A DNA stretch of 63,516 nt, filler included, from Lama guanicoe (GCA_013239625.1; 131 parts of 131 records of this genome joined end to end with filler, not necessarily neighbours in it); one strand, 5' to 3'; positions 49,801 through 62,659 are shown, counted from the whole stretch's first letter. The notes: a model not told the origin generated them from the letters alone. A program made the numbers and translations.

Positions 49801-51447
49801 TGTTCAATAAAGAGGTTAAAAATCCCACACGCTGTGTCTAAGAAAACTAAGGGCAGCTGTTACTGGAAGACAAGAAAAAGCCTTTANNNNNNNNNNNNNN
49901 NNNNNNNNNNNNNNNNNNNNNNNNNNNNNNTTAATTAATTAANNNNNNNNNNNNNNNNNNNNNNNNNNNNNNNNNNNNNNNNNNNNAAATAGTTTTTACA
50001 AATATTTGTATATTGCCAATAAAATATTCTAAATGCTGTAACAGCAAATGTAGAAAAAATATAACTTTCTCTTCAGATTTTTTCAGAAAGTTTTTAAGAC
50101 TGTGGTTTAGAGCCCAGCAAAAACAAACAGAAATTCTAAATCATATGAAGTGAATTAAGGTGGCACAGATGCTTCAGGAAAACCACTCTGGAAAAAAGAG
50201 TAAACCACCAGTCTTGTGTACTTTCTTATGTTTTTTCCAGCTCTCCTTTGGAATTGGAGCATTATCAATTTACTTTCCAAAGCCAGTGCTTTGGGGCTTA
50301 ATAGGTGAGAGGAGGTGGAGCGTGATGAGTTTACAAGAGGCTCTCCCGTGGCTAGCATCAGTTTTTTTAAATANNNNNNNNNNNNNNNNNNNNNNNNNNN
50401 NNNNNNNNNNNNNNNNNTTAATTAATTAANNNNNNNNNNNNNNNNNNNNNNNNNNNNNNNNNNNNNNNNNNNNGAAAGCGTGCTAAGCATATGCATCTTG
50501 CACCCGCCTTGAGTATCGCTGACTATCTGCACTTTCTCTGTCTGATCAGACATAGAGACTAGAAACTAGATTATCTCTTGAAATGTTAGTAGTTAGCCAT
50601 TTGAGGCTTCATTTGGGGAAGGATTTAAAATGCAACTGTTCACATTTTTGTCCATTATATATCAATAAAAACTGGAAGGAAAAAAAGACAAAATGCAATT
50701 GTCTTTTGAGAGCCAGAGATTTCAGAATTTGGCAGAATCTGAGGACGGGCATTCACAACTCCAACAGAGAAACAACCGTCAAGCAAAGTGTTCGTTTTCT
50801 TAGTAGTGAGGAAACCTCCATTCAGGTGTTGTAACTTGACTCAGGTCAGAGTTTGATGATNNNNNNNNNNNNNNNNNNNNNNNNNNNNNNNNNNNNNNNN
50901 NNNNTTAATTAATTAANNNNNNNNNNNNNNNNNNNNNNNNNNNNNNNNNNNNNNNNNNNNGAAAACAAAAGAGTTAAATTCTCAAAGCATGCAACTGAAT
51001 TCTAAGGAACAGATTCTAAACTAAGCCAATCTAATTCATAAAAAATAATAGATTTCACCTGCTGTTCTATTAAAATGATAGTACGGTGCTATAGAGAGTA
51101 GAAACTTAAAATCATCAAGTGTAGAAGGCAATTCTGGAAACAGAAGAGTTCCATCTACAGAAAATCTTTTCACCTGAACTACATTAGGGATTCTTAAAGT
51201 TTTTCAAAAGGATAAGTTATACTTATTACTTTCAAGTTAATGGCTTATAATTACGGCTTTAATATAATGACTCATCAACTTCCTTTCCATGTAAATATTA
51301 TCACCTCACAATTCATAAAGTGACAAATGTTGAAATAGGCACTAGGCNNNNNNNNNNNNNNNNNNNNNNNNNNNNNNNNNNNNNNNNNNNNTTAATTAAT
51401 TAANNNNNNNNNNNNNNNNNNNNNNNNNNNNNNNNNNNNNNNNNNNN

Positions 51448-51834
51448 ACTGGCTTATTCCACTGGGGCATGCACCGCTGTGTATTCCCCAATGGTTTTTT
51501 CCAGTGTGACATGCACCACGTTGTATTCCCCACTGGTTTATTCCAGTGGGGCATGCACTACGATGGGTTCCCCACGGGTTTTATTCCACGGGGCATGCAC
51601 CGCAGTGTATACTCCACTGGTTTATTCCACTGGGGCATGCACCTCAGTGAATTCCACACTGAGCTATTCCACTGGGGCATATAGCGCGGCACAGACCCCA
51701 CTGATTTATTCCACTGGGGCCGTCACCGCGGCGTATTCCACACTGTTTTATTCCAGTGGGGATACACCGTGGTGGATACCCCACGGGTTTATTCCACTGG
51801 GTCACACACTTCAGTGTATTCCCCACTGGTTTCT
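51448..51834. repeat. Tandem satellite, ~9 units of 42 bp (consensus ACTGGTTTATTCCACTGGGGCATGCACCGCAGTGTATTCCCC)
   Basis: Head-to-tail units of 42 bp (one of 41 bp) fill the whole contig, with moderate divergence. Confidence 0.95.
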
Positions 51835-52959
51835 NNNNNNNNNNNNNNNNNNNNNNNNNNNNNNNNNNNNNNNNNNNNTTAATTAATTAANNNNNNNNNN
51901 NNNNNNNNNNNNNNNNNNNNNNNNNNNNNNNNNNTTTCATCTTCTTTATGGTTTTTTCTCCTTCCTTCATTCACTTATTTCCTTGCAAATTAGTTGTGGA
52001 GGCAGCTGGTGGCAGCTCTCTACAGACAAAATTTTGCTGATTGTATAACACATTTGACATGTTCTTTCATCCTGTGTATTTTCTCTGCATTGATTGTTAG
52101 AGCTACACTCAGTTTATTATTTTTCTCTAAGACAAGATTATAGGAAATGTTACCTACCAGAGACCTTCTGGGAATCTATCAAGACGGTAAACAATTTTTA
52201 TGTAATTCATCTTGCATAAGTAGGAAATGTTTTTAAGAAAAAAAACATTATATAGAAACATATAAAATGCCATTCTACTTTTGCAGGATAAATACGTATC
52301 TAAAAATGGATACAGCCTGCANNNNNNNNNNNNNNNNNNNNNNNNNNNNNNNNNNNNNNNNNNNNTTAATTAATTAANNNNNNNNNNNNNNNNNNNNNNN
52401 NNNNNNNNNNNNNNNNNNNNNTTTCACCCTAAAAGTGATAACAATCAGTAACTAGAATGAACTTTTTATGGCTTTGAACTTTGAATTTCAGTAGCTGTTT
52501 TTAACTCGAAGGCCTTAGCAATAATTCACACTTCTATCTTTTTTATTCTCTAAAATTTTACAGTAGTAGATCAATGACTGGAATTAGAACCATTGAAAAT
52601 TTGGTAACAGTATTTTCTAGGAAACTATATAAAGAGAACAAGACATTTTTCTGCCACTTTGCGATATAAAAACTTAGACATTGGGATACATTTGAATTAT
52701 TTATTAAAGAAATTAGAGATTCACAATATATAGAATTGGATAAGGTTCCAACAGCTAAGATTGAAAGCTTTGTTTCTCGTGGGTTAACTACATCATTCAT
52801 TTTATTTTNNNNNNNNNNNNNNNNNNNNNNNNNNNNNNNNNNNNNNNNNNNNTTAATTAATTAANNNNNNNNNNNNNNNNNNNNNNNNNNNNNNNNNNNN
52901 NNNNNNNNAGGCCTACATTCAGAAATCAAAAAGTTATGATGTTGCTACAAACTAGATTG

Positions 52960-53260
52960 TAGTAAGTACGTAGCAAGGGAAAAATCAAGTTAATTATTTT
53001 AAGAGGTCTAAGGGGAAAAATCAAATGATTATATCCCTAGATGATGAAAAGACACCAGACAATTAAACATGCATTCCTGATACAACATTCAATAAAGTAA
53101 GAAGCTAGCTAATTCCTCAGCATGATAAAGTTTATCTGTCTCAACCCCTGGCTGGCGTGATGCTTCACGTGAAACACAAGCAGCAGCTCCACTCCAGTCA
53201 GGATGTTATAAAGACGCCTACTTTCTTACTATTATTTATTATTTGGTGTAAGTTACCCTT
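52960..53260 (+). mobile_element. Old LINE-1 ORF2 (RT region), highly decayed
   Basis: AAATGATTAT.TCC.TAGATG..GAAAAG.CA...GACAA. Confidence 0.5.
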
Positions 53261-53395
53261 GTTCTCGGTGAGGCAGGAAGCCCCATAAAAAGACCNNNNN
53301 NNNNNNNNNNNNNNNNNNNNNNNNNNNNNNNNNNNNNNNTTAATTAATTAANNNNNNNNNNNNNNNNNNNNNNNNNNNNNNNNNNNNNNNNNNNN

Positions 53396-53550
53396 TTTTT
53401 TTAATATTTATTTTTATTTTCTATTTGTAGTTCATTTTATTTTGGGGGGGAGATCATTGGGTTTATTTACTTATTTTTATGGAGGTACTGAAATCCAGGA
53501 CCTCATGATTGCTAAGCATAGGCTCTACCACTGGGCTATACCCTCCCCCC
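53396..53550 (-). mobile_element. Vic-1-like camelid SINE
   Basis: Minus strand GGGGGGAGGGTATAGCCCAGTGGTAGAG..TATGCTTAGCA...GAGGTCCTGG...CAGTACCTCC with AT-rich tail. Confidence 0.85.
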
Positions 53551-54504
53551 TTCACCCCAAGAATTCTCTTTCTTTAATCGTAAACATTAGGGTCAATATT
53601 GATAGGGAGACAAACGTTTGGTAAATAGTTCAATTAGGAAGCATAAATCCAAAGCCAGTAAGATTTTTATACAACCAAAAAATTAAAACTATATCCTCAG
53701 TTCACTCATTCCTATGAAATCAATCCTGTTTACCAACAGCTTTATGAAATCAGAGTTTTCATCAGGCTCTAAATATCTTTCCNNNNNNNNNNNNNNNNNN
53801 NNNNNNNNNNNNNNNNNNNNNNNNNNTTAATTAATTAANNNNNNNNNNNNNNNNNNNNNNNNNNNNNNNNNNNNNNNNNNNNTTTTTGTTAAAGCTATAA
53901 AAAGACTTTTGAGAATATAAGTGAAACAGTCAACTTTCTACTTAAAATATTTAGTACGTTTATATATGTACATATATTGGTTTACAAATAACATTTATGA
54001 AATTATATATTAACTTCAATACATTGCTGGTTTTTCTCTTTCACGGCTAGTCTGTGTCATTCAGACCCTTCCATTCCACGTGCAACTCTGTCCATGTCAT
54101 CTTTTTCCAGAATGCGTCATTTTCACCTTGATCCAAGTTTCCTGACATTTCACTTTCTAAATTCACATCTGTTACCCAAACAGGAAATTTAATCCCCAGG
54201 TACAAGAATTTGTTTTTATGACATTCCCCTCTTTGCTGCGTTTTAAGTCTGCTCTTCGGTGCATGCTTANNNNNNNNNNNNNNNNNNNNNNNNNNNNNNN
54301 NNNNNNNNNNNNNTTAATTAATTAANNNNNNNNNNNNNNNNNNNNNNNNNNNNNNNNNNNNNNNNNNNNCTAAGTCCTTCAGGGAGGAATGAAAGATTCT
54401 GTGACTGCTATATGACTCATCAATTGTTTAAACTGTCATCAGCTCTCCTAGCTCAATTGCTATTTTTTGTCCCTACATGTTCACATCCTTTCAATCATTC
54501 ATTC

Positions 54505-54755
54505 TTTTTTTAAATTGAAGTATAGTCAGTTTACAATGCTGTGCCAATTTCTGGTGAACAGCACAATGCTTCAGTCATACATATACATACAGCGATTCCT
54601 TTTCATATTCCTTTCATTGTAGGTTACTACAAGATACTGAACACAGTTCCCTGTGCTATGCAGAGGAAATTTGTTGTTTATCTCTTTTATATATTGTAGT
54701 TATTACCTGCAAATCTCAAACTCCCAATTTACCCTTCCCACCCCCTTCCCCCACT
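54505..54755 (-). mobile_element. LINE-1 3' UTR (same type as 16479), next to a probable LTR fragment (54370-54500)
   Basis: TTTTTTTAAATTGAAGTATAGTCAGTTTACAATG...AGTTCCCTGTGCTAT...TTGTTGTTTATC. Confidence 0.88.
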
Positions 54756-54855
54756 NNNNNNNNNNNNNNNNNNNNNNNNNNNNNNNNNNNNNNNNNNNNT
54801 TAATTAATTAANNNNNNNNNNNNNNNNNNNNNNNNNNNNNNNNNNNNNNNNNNNN

Positions 54856-54943
54856 ATTTATTTTATTGGAGGTACTGGGAATTGAACCCAGGACCTCATG
54901 CATGCTGGGCAGGCGCTCTGCCACTGAGCTATACCCTCCTCCC
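54856..54943 (-). mobile_element. Vic-1-like camelid SINE, short form
   Basis: Minus strand GGGTATAGCTCAGTGGCAGAGCG...AGCATGCATGAGGTCCTGGGTTCAATTCCCAGTACCTCC; intact A and B boxes, tRNA-Ala-like head. Confidence 0.88.
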
Positions 54944-55177
54944 GAACTCAGTTTCTTTAAAAGATAGTGGGCTGTATAGATTTTCTGTTCCTTTGTGTAT
55001 TTTGGTAATATGTGTATTTCAAGAAATTTGGTCGTTTCATCAAAGATACTGAATTTATTGGCATAAAGTTGAGTTCATAATATTTCTTGATGTCTAGAGG
55101 ATCTGTAAAAATGTTTCCTCTTTTATTCCTCATACTGGTTATTTGTGTCTTTTTATTTTCTTTAATCCATCTAGCTT

Positions 55178-55241
55178 AGCATTTCTCAACTGGGGGCAAT
55201 TTTGCCTGCCCCCACCCCCCACCCTGGGGTGACATTTGACA
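55178..55241. mobile_element. MER20 terminus
   Basis: TTCTCAACTGGGGGCAATTTTGCC...GACATTTG. Confidence 0.65.
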
Positions 55242-55878
55242 NNNNNNNNNNNNNNNNNNNNNNNNNNNNNNNNNNNNNNNNNNNNTTAATTAATTAANNN
55301 NNNNNNNNNNNNNNNNNNNNNNNNNNNNNNNNNNNNNNNNNGAATGGTGCAAACAAAGGCAAACAAAATTAAAAGACAAAGGGACAAATCACCACATTGC
55401 TGACCACTGCTACACAATTATGACGACAGCTTTGAGTACACTGTAATTTGGTGACAGAGCACTAAAGCTGACTGTACAAGTACATGTGCCTGGCCAGGAT
55501 TATTTCAAAGTGATCCTTGCAAGGGCTATGAAATAAATTTTTAAAAAATTCTTGGTTATCTGGGAAAATGAGTAGTTAACAGAATTACAGATTTTTTTTA
55601 AGCTCTAAGAGACCTTAAAGATAGTTAAATTACATTTCTTTATGGCCGTAGTTATGGATGTAAAGACACAATAATGATTTAACAGTATCAAGCAGGCCAA
55701 TAACAAAAAGAAGGTGTTTGTATATTACNNNNNNNNNNNNNNNNNNNNNNNNNNNNNNNNNNNNNNNNNNNNTTAATTAATTAANNNNNNNNNNNNNNNN
55801 NNNNNNNNNNNNNNNNNNNNNNNNNNNNTTCCCTCCTAACCCAACCTCAAAAGCTTTTAGAATCTTTAATTTGTATTC

Positions 55879-55880
<2 letters not shown>

Positions 55881-55913
<33 letters not shown>
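55881..55913. repeat. (AAT)11 perfect microsatellite
   Basis: Direct count. Confidence 0.95.
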
Positions 55914-55915
<2 letters not shown>

Positions 55916-56324
55916 GTGGACATAGAACTTTGTTTTATCTAACTTTCAGTTACTTCTATATGCATATCTATGTCCTTCAGTTCTGGGAAATATTCTTGTA
56001 TTAGTTCTTTGAACATTTCTAACTCTATTTCCTCTACTCTAACATTCTATTTTTTTTTAATAAGTCAAAGGATTCCCTAAAATTATTTTTTCTATTTTAT
56101 TTTTATTATAATCTTTATTGGAGTATAGTTGGTTTATGATAGTTTTAGGTGTATAACACAGTGATTCAATATTTTTGTAGGTTATACTGCATTTAAAGCT
56201 ATTACAAAATCANNNNNNNNNNNNNNNNNNNNNNNNNNNNNNNNNNNNNNNNNNNNTTAATTAATTAANNNNNNNNNNNNNNNNNNNNNNNNNNNNNNNN
56301 NNNNNNNNNNNNTTAACACTCCAG

Positions 56325-56699
56325 CAACTGAGCAGACACCACCTTAACTAACTGATCAAAATTAACACCATCAGTAACGGGACAAGTAGATAATATATAT
56401 ATCCTGATATAATGCACTGAAAAGGACATAACACCCCTTCTGTGGTGTTCCTGCCAAAAATGCATAATCTGACTCTAATATAATGAAGAAACACCAGACA
56501 AAACCAAATTGAGGCTTGTCCTAGCCAGCCTCCAGGATGGCCCCAAGTGATCCTTGCCTCCTAGTATTCCCATCCATGTGTAGTGCCCTCTCACACTGAG
56601 GAGGGCTAGTCCGTGTCTGTATTATCAAGGTTCTCTACAGAGAAAGAGACAGAGAGACAGAGAGACACAAAGACACAGAGAGAGACACACATACATACA
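56325..56699. mobile_element. Nested repeats: L1MC 3' fragment, MLT1E/F-like LTR from 56517, MLT2-like end from 56618, AG-rich tract
   Basis: CACCTTAAC...ATCAAA.TTAACA...CCTGCCAAAAATGCATAA; AGCCTCCAGGATGGCCCCAAGTGATCCTTGCCTCCT; TGTATTA...GGTTCTC. Confidence 0.65.
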
Positions 56700-58899
56700 N
56701 NNNNNNNNNNNNNNNNNNNNNNNNNNNNNNNNNNNNNNNNNNNTTAATTAATTAANNNNNNNNNNNNNNNNNNNNNNNNNNNNNNNNNNNNNNNNNNNNA
56801 ATTAAAACAAATCATAATTTAAAGCCATAACATTTTTAAAAGGTAAAGAATTTGTGTCACAGATGCATTTAATAAAACAGACATTGGTCTAAAGTGCAAC
56901 ACAAAATAGGTGTTCTCTGTTCCCATGGTGGAATAAATACGTTAACAATTACACAAAAAAATTCACTAAAGATCTGAGATGATGCAAATAACCCTTTGAA
57001 ACAAACTGCCCAATGAACAGAGGCAGGCTGCAAGTAATTTCTATTAACATTTTACTGCAAGATGGCAAAATCCCCAGTGTGACTACTAACTTATCAAATA
57101 CCTCATTTCATGTGCCTGGCCTTGGCTTCTATCTTCTTTCCTCAGTCACATCCAAATCCAGAAAGGCTTCTCCACCCCATGCTCAANNNNNNNNNNNNNN
57201 NNNNNNNNNNNNNNNNNNNNNNNNNNNNNNTTAATTAATTAANNNNNNNNNNNNNNNNNNNNNNNNNNNNNNNNNNNNNNNNNNNNGGTGGCTGTCAGAA
57301 ATCTGACCCCTAGAGTTGGTTCGTGTCTCTTGAAAAACCTAGTTCCAAGTGGAATCTTAATGAGGGAATAGAGGAAAATAAGACTGGAAAAATAGGCTGA
57401 GGAAGTCGTTTGCCTATTGCATGTTCTTACCCTTTGACATATAATTAGACCTGGCAGGCATATGGCAAGTGCTCTCTCAATGTACTCTCTGCACACAGTG
57501 CTCAAAACCATTTCCAAATGGTGTTTTCTGGTCCGTCCTTTCAGGCCCACCAGCAGGCCATGGTCTGCAAATGTGCTATGTAATTCTGACCCCTAGTGGC
57601 CAAGGAGGCTTCATATAGACACACTTCAATTAACATGTTTAAGGTGTCATGTACCAAACAGTTACCTTTTTTTNNNNNNNNNNNNNNNNNNNNNNNNNNN
57701 NNNNNNNNNNNNNNNNNTTAATTAATTAANNNNNNNNNNNNNNNNNNNNNNNNNNNNNNNNNNNNNNNNNNNNAAAAAAAATTGTCAGTTTACTGGGAGG
57801 TAATACAACCTAAAAACATAGCTTCAAAATATATAAAGTGCTCTCTCTCTCTCTCTCTCATTTTCTCTCTCTGTTGATAATCGATATATCAAGTACAAAA
57901 CAATTAGAAAGGATGTAGGAATTTGAACTACACAGTTAGGAAGCTTGATCTGATGGCCATTTGGAATATATCCCCAACAATCAGAGAACGCAGTGTTGTT
58001 TTTAGCACACAGGAAAGGTTTATGAAATTAACAGCAAACTCCAAAAATTGGATATCATATATATCTTGTGTTCTGTATACAATAAAATTAATTTATAAAT
58101 TTATAATACCAAAAAAACCAAAAATAAAGTAGCGCCACTTGGAAATGTTAAAAAAAAAAANNNNNNNNNNNNNNNNNNNNNNNNNNNNNNNNNNNNNNNN
58201 NNNNTTAATTAATTAANNNNNNNNNNNNNNNNNNNNNNNNNNNNNNNNNNNNNNNNNNNNCTTTTGTCTTAATCCTTGTTCCTACCTTCCTATAATAATT
58301 GCCTACAAATATCGAGGCATCTCTTACAACCTGGGCCATAAATACTCTTGTGATTTCCCTTAGTAAGTAGTGGTGTCCTGACCAGAAACCCAAGCTTATG
58401 GTTGGTGTCCGGCACCTGCTGAGAGTTCTCCAATCCCAGTGTCTGCTGGTCTGTCTGCATCTCTGAACAAAGCCTTCTACAAAATTCCCTGGGCCCTTGA
58501 CTGTCAAAGAAATAAAAACCAAACACCAGCTTTTGTTATATTGTGCCTCGATCACATCCCACAGTGAATAAAAGCAGATGTAAAATCCTTCAGTCTGAAT
58601 CATAAACCTGGTGTTGCTTTTCCCTTTGAGCTAAGGATCATCCGAGGNNNNNNNNNNNNNNNNNNNNNNNNNNNNNNNNNNNNNNNNNNNNTTAATTAAT
58701 TAANNNNNNNNNNNNNNNNNNNNNNNNNNNNNNNNNNNNNNNNNNNNAGGTTGCTTTGCAATGTGAGCCTTCAAGAAAATAAAGATATTCATCAGATGTG
58801 GATCACCAAAACAACTGTCATGTGTAAACCATAATAATTTTTAAGGGACTGTATAATTTACTTCATTTGTCTCTTGTGACAGTCCTGTGAGACTGGCCA

Positions 58900-59134
58900 C
58901 ATAATCACCACCACCACCATCATCATGACAGTCACAACCATCTCCAGTATCATCACCACTACCACCATCATCATCATTACCACCATCCTCACTATCACTA
59001 TCATCATCACAACCATCAGCACCACCATCAGTACCACTAATATCATCACTGCCGTCATCACCATCATCATCATCACAATCACCATCTCCATTATCATCAT
59101 CTCCACCATCATCATCATCACCATCACCACCACC
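58900..59134. repeat. (CAT/CAC)n low-complexity trinucleotide tract
   Basis: Direct observation; it produces the spurious poly-M/V and poly-T/I ORFs. Confidence 0.95.
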
Positions 59135-59234
59135 NNNNNNNNNNNNNNNNNNNNNNNNNNNNNNNNNNNNNNNNNNNNTTAATTAATTAANNNNNNNNNN
59201 NNNNNNNNNNNNNNNNNNNNNNNNNNNNNNNNNN

Positions 59235-59363
59235 CTCAGAGGGCACCACCGTGAGTGGCTGCAGAGGCTGGGCTGCAGGGTGGAGGCAGCCGCTGATGGC
59301 TTGATGGCTTGATGGCTTCAGCATTGTTTACTGATATGGTTTGCAGTATTTTTCGTTCATACA
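59235..59363 (-). mobile_element. ERV1 LTR 5' end (same family as 17153 and 30058)
   Basis: CTGATGGCTTGATGGCTTGATGGCTT...TGTTTACTGATATGG, ending in CA. Confidence 0.65.
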
Positions 59364-61181
59364 GCCTAGGAGATGTTGCAGGATTTATTCAAGCTGATAC
59401 GTGAAGCCTCGGTTCATTTTAAGTGGGAATGTGTTTCCACTATCTGGATAAACCACAAGTAACAGACACAGCCGTCACTGTGATGAGCAGCCGTGTGTCC
59501 TGCGTGGAACCTCAGAGACGCCGGGTTCCGCGCACGTTAGAGGTCAGGAGGCGGTACCACTTCGCTCTTGGGGGCCATGTCAGCCCCGCTGCCTCCGCCT
59601 CCTTTGAAAACACCCCCCTCCNNNNNNNNNNNNNNNNNNNNNNNNNNNNNNNNNNNNNNNNNNNNTTAATTAATTAANNNNNNNNNNNNNNNNNNNNNNN
59701 NNNNNNNNNNNNNNNNNNNNNGTAAAGCAATGAAGCTAGAACACTCCCTTACACCATACACACACACACAAAATAAACTCCAATGTCTCTTAAATGTTTT
59801 CCTATAACGTGACACACACCAGACCAGGAGATTTGCAACACAGCGACAGGCAAAGCTGGGCAAAGTCAGACTCCAGGAGAAGAGTCACAATCAGAGGAGA
59901 GACGTGCCAAACGTATCCCTGAGTCTTAGTGTCACTGACACCGAGCAGGAGAAGGCTTTTGTAGGTTCAGGACGCCCAGATTTAAGTAACCAACTAATGA
60001 CTAAATCACATGATCGCTTTACTTTAGACACGGTGATTTACAATTCAAACAGCAGCACCCTGCAGGTTTCATAAACCTTTTACAGACTGATTTACAAGAA
60101 TATTTGANNNNNNNNNNNNNNNNNNNNNNNNNNNNNNNNNNNNNNNNNNNNTTAATTAATTAANNNNNNNNNNNNNNNNNNNNNNNNNNNNNNNNNNNNN
60201 NNNNNNNAAAAAAAAAAAAAACTACCTCCAAAGCCAGGCATAACAAAACATACCCTCTTGAAATGACAGTCAGATGTTGATTCTGAGGAACAATTCCAAC
60301 AAAAAAAATAAAGCCAACTTGAACAACCAAAATCTTTTAAAGAGAAAAACATTTTAAAATCATATACATATTCGACAACTGCTCCCTTTCCTCTGGTCTT
60401 TATAGCTGAGGAAAGGGAAAAATGAATTCAGTTACAGGTGATTCATAATTCATATAAATTCATTTTTTAAGGATCTGAGTTCTAGCAGTTATTAATTATT
60501 AGAAGATTTACAGTATGTTTAAGAATGATGCATAGCCTTGTCTGCTAGAAAAGAATGGATCCTATCCAAAGAGCATGGAAAGAAGTGTTGCATTNNNNNN
60601 NNNNNNNNNNNNNNNNNNNNNNNNNNNNNNNNNNNNNNTTAATTAATTAANNNNNNNNNNNNNNNNNNNNNNNNNNNNNNNNNNNNNNNNNNNNACACAC
60701 GTGTGACTGTTCTCATTAAATGCTCGTCTGTGCCGTGCGTGGTGAAAGCACAGCCTCGCAGGGAAAACGAGAAAATTAGAAGATTGCTTTGCCGCCTCCA
60801 TATTAAAAGGTCGATTTTATGGCTTGCTTTCTTTGCCTTCAGGGTTTTATGATACCTTTGTGCCAGATTAATCAGGACATGTGTCTACACCCAGTGATGT
60901 CTCACTCTTAATGGTGCTGATGTCCAATGTTCTTCTGTGTTTTACTTCCAGTGTGTGTCCTCCTTGGTAACCCATGTGTCCCCTGTCCTTTGTGCTCCTG
61001 CAGTCTGTCGGAGAGGGGATCCAGCAAGGACGGCTGCCCAGTCTTTGTGGCCCTGAGACAGACAGAAGAGGCAGGGAGGCANNNNNNNNNNNNNNNNNNN
61101 NNNNNNNNNNNNNNNNNNNNNNNNNTTAATTAATTAANNNNNNNNNNNNNNNNNNNNNNNNNNNNNNNNNNNNNNNNNNNN

Positions 61182-61568
61182 GCCTTTCTGGTGAATCAAC
61201 TAAATATCCTGGTGTTAATGACATTTCTCCTCCCTTCTGGTATGTAAATCTATTATCTGCTAGCCCTGTGTATTTCTAGTATCTTCTCCTCTTAAAGCTG
61301 CAATGGCTACTCTTTGATAGGATTTTCATAGTCTCAAATTTTGCAAGCATAACTACATCTTATCTTGTTTTGAAGCTGATCTTTAAAGTCATGCTCCCTA
61401 TGACAGCTGACATTTGTAATAGTGAGGTCATAACTCCAAGAATATGTACTAAATCTGCGTTATGCCTTTGCCAGTTGATTTGTCAATTCTGTCATGTATC
61501 TTCTATAAGCATGCAAAATTAATATTGGCAGAGGATACTAAAGGCTAATTTATCATGTTCAAACAGTA
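61182..61568 (+). repeat. Low-copy repeat, copy B (paralogue of 12602-12986)
   Basis: Co-terminal with copy A, ~94% identical. Confidence 0.97.
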
Positions 61569-62659
61569 NNNNNNNNNNNNNNNNNNNNNNNNNNNNNNNN
61601 NNNNNNNNNNNNTTAATTAATTAANNNNNNNNNNNNNNNNNNNNNNNNNNNNNNNNNNNNNNNNNNNNCAGCTGCTTGCTACACTGGGGCAAGTCACATC
61701 CCTTCTCAGGACCTGTCGGCTGGTTTGTAAACTAGGGCTCTCCTTTGGTCTCCCTCCCAGGTCTCTGTTCCCTGAGGGCTGCTCAGCTGAAAGTCAGGGT
61801 GCCCACTAAGACCACCAGGTGACACTCCCAGAATGCCGGCTCCCCGATCCTCCCAGGCCCCCAGCTACTTTCTCTCTGGTCCAGCCTGGCGGTGGGTCCG
61901 GTCCGTTCAGATAGATCCACCCCTGCCGCCTCCCTAGTCCCGGCTCTGTCCTCCAGGGCCTCGGATGCCTCTGAGGCAGCAGAGACGGGGCAGGAGGGTC
62001 TCCAGCCCTCTGCCCGCCAGCGCCTCTTGGGTCAGAGGTCATGGGGCGGGGCGACNNNNNNNNNNNNNNNNNNNNNNNNNNNNNNNNNNNNNNNNNNNNT
62101 TAATTAATTAANNNNNNNNNNNNNNNNNNNNNNNNNNNNNNNNNNNNNNNNNNNNACACCCCACCTGGGGCAGGTTGCTTCCTCCCTCCAGGTCTGATTT
62201 CTCCGCTGTAAGCTGGGGAACAGGAGGATGTGCCACTTACACGGGAGCACAGAGTCCACAGGAGCATGGCCTGAACAACCACACCCAGTGGCCTTGGTTA
62301 GGACAACTATGTGAGGCAAAGCAAGCAAAGCGCCTAGAGCAGCGCCGGCACTTAGCAAGTGCTCGGGAAACGCGAGCTGGTGCTAGAGGCTGGAGGAGAG
62401 AACGTGACGAGGAAGGTGGCCCATCAGGGTCTTTGTAAACCATGTGGGGAAGCTTGGACTTCACCCCATGGCATCCTGTAAGTATAGTCGGATTTGAGTC
62501 TTAGAAAGACGCTCCACCAGCAGAGCGAGATGGGGAAAGGTTNNNNNNNNNNNNNNNNNNNNNNNNNNNNNNNNNNNNNNNNNNNNTTAATTAATTAANN
62601 NNNNNNNNNNNNNNNNNNNNNNNNNNNNNNNNNNNNNNNNNNAGCCGTAGGCGAATGCC

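Noticed and set aside
51448..51834. CRISPR array, zinc-finger array or repeat protein (ORFs 51469, 51479, 51644)
   Set aside because: The units are fully homologous with no unique spacers, no frame shows C2H2 or TGEKPY patterns, and the frames stay open only because 42 is a multiple of three.
54856..54943. Genuine tRNA-Ala gene
   Set aside because: It has a SINE-type G-rich 5' end and an AT-rich tail, and diverged sibling copies occur in the window, so it is better explained as a Vic-1-type SINE.
58205..58603. 132-aa minus-strand ORF
   Set aside because: No recognisable domain, partly N-derived length, and within chance expectation.
58858..59182. Met/Val-rich and Thr/Ile-rich ORFs
   Set aside because: Translations of a (CAT/CAC)n low-complexity tract.
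60798..60810. CArG (SRF) box CCATATTAAAAGG
   Set aside because: Nine A/T bases lie between CC and GG rather than the required six.
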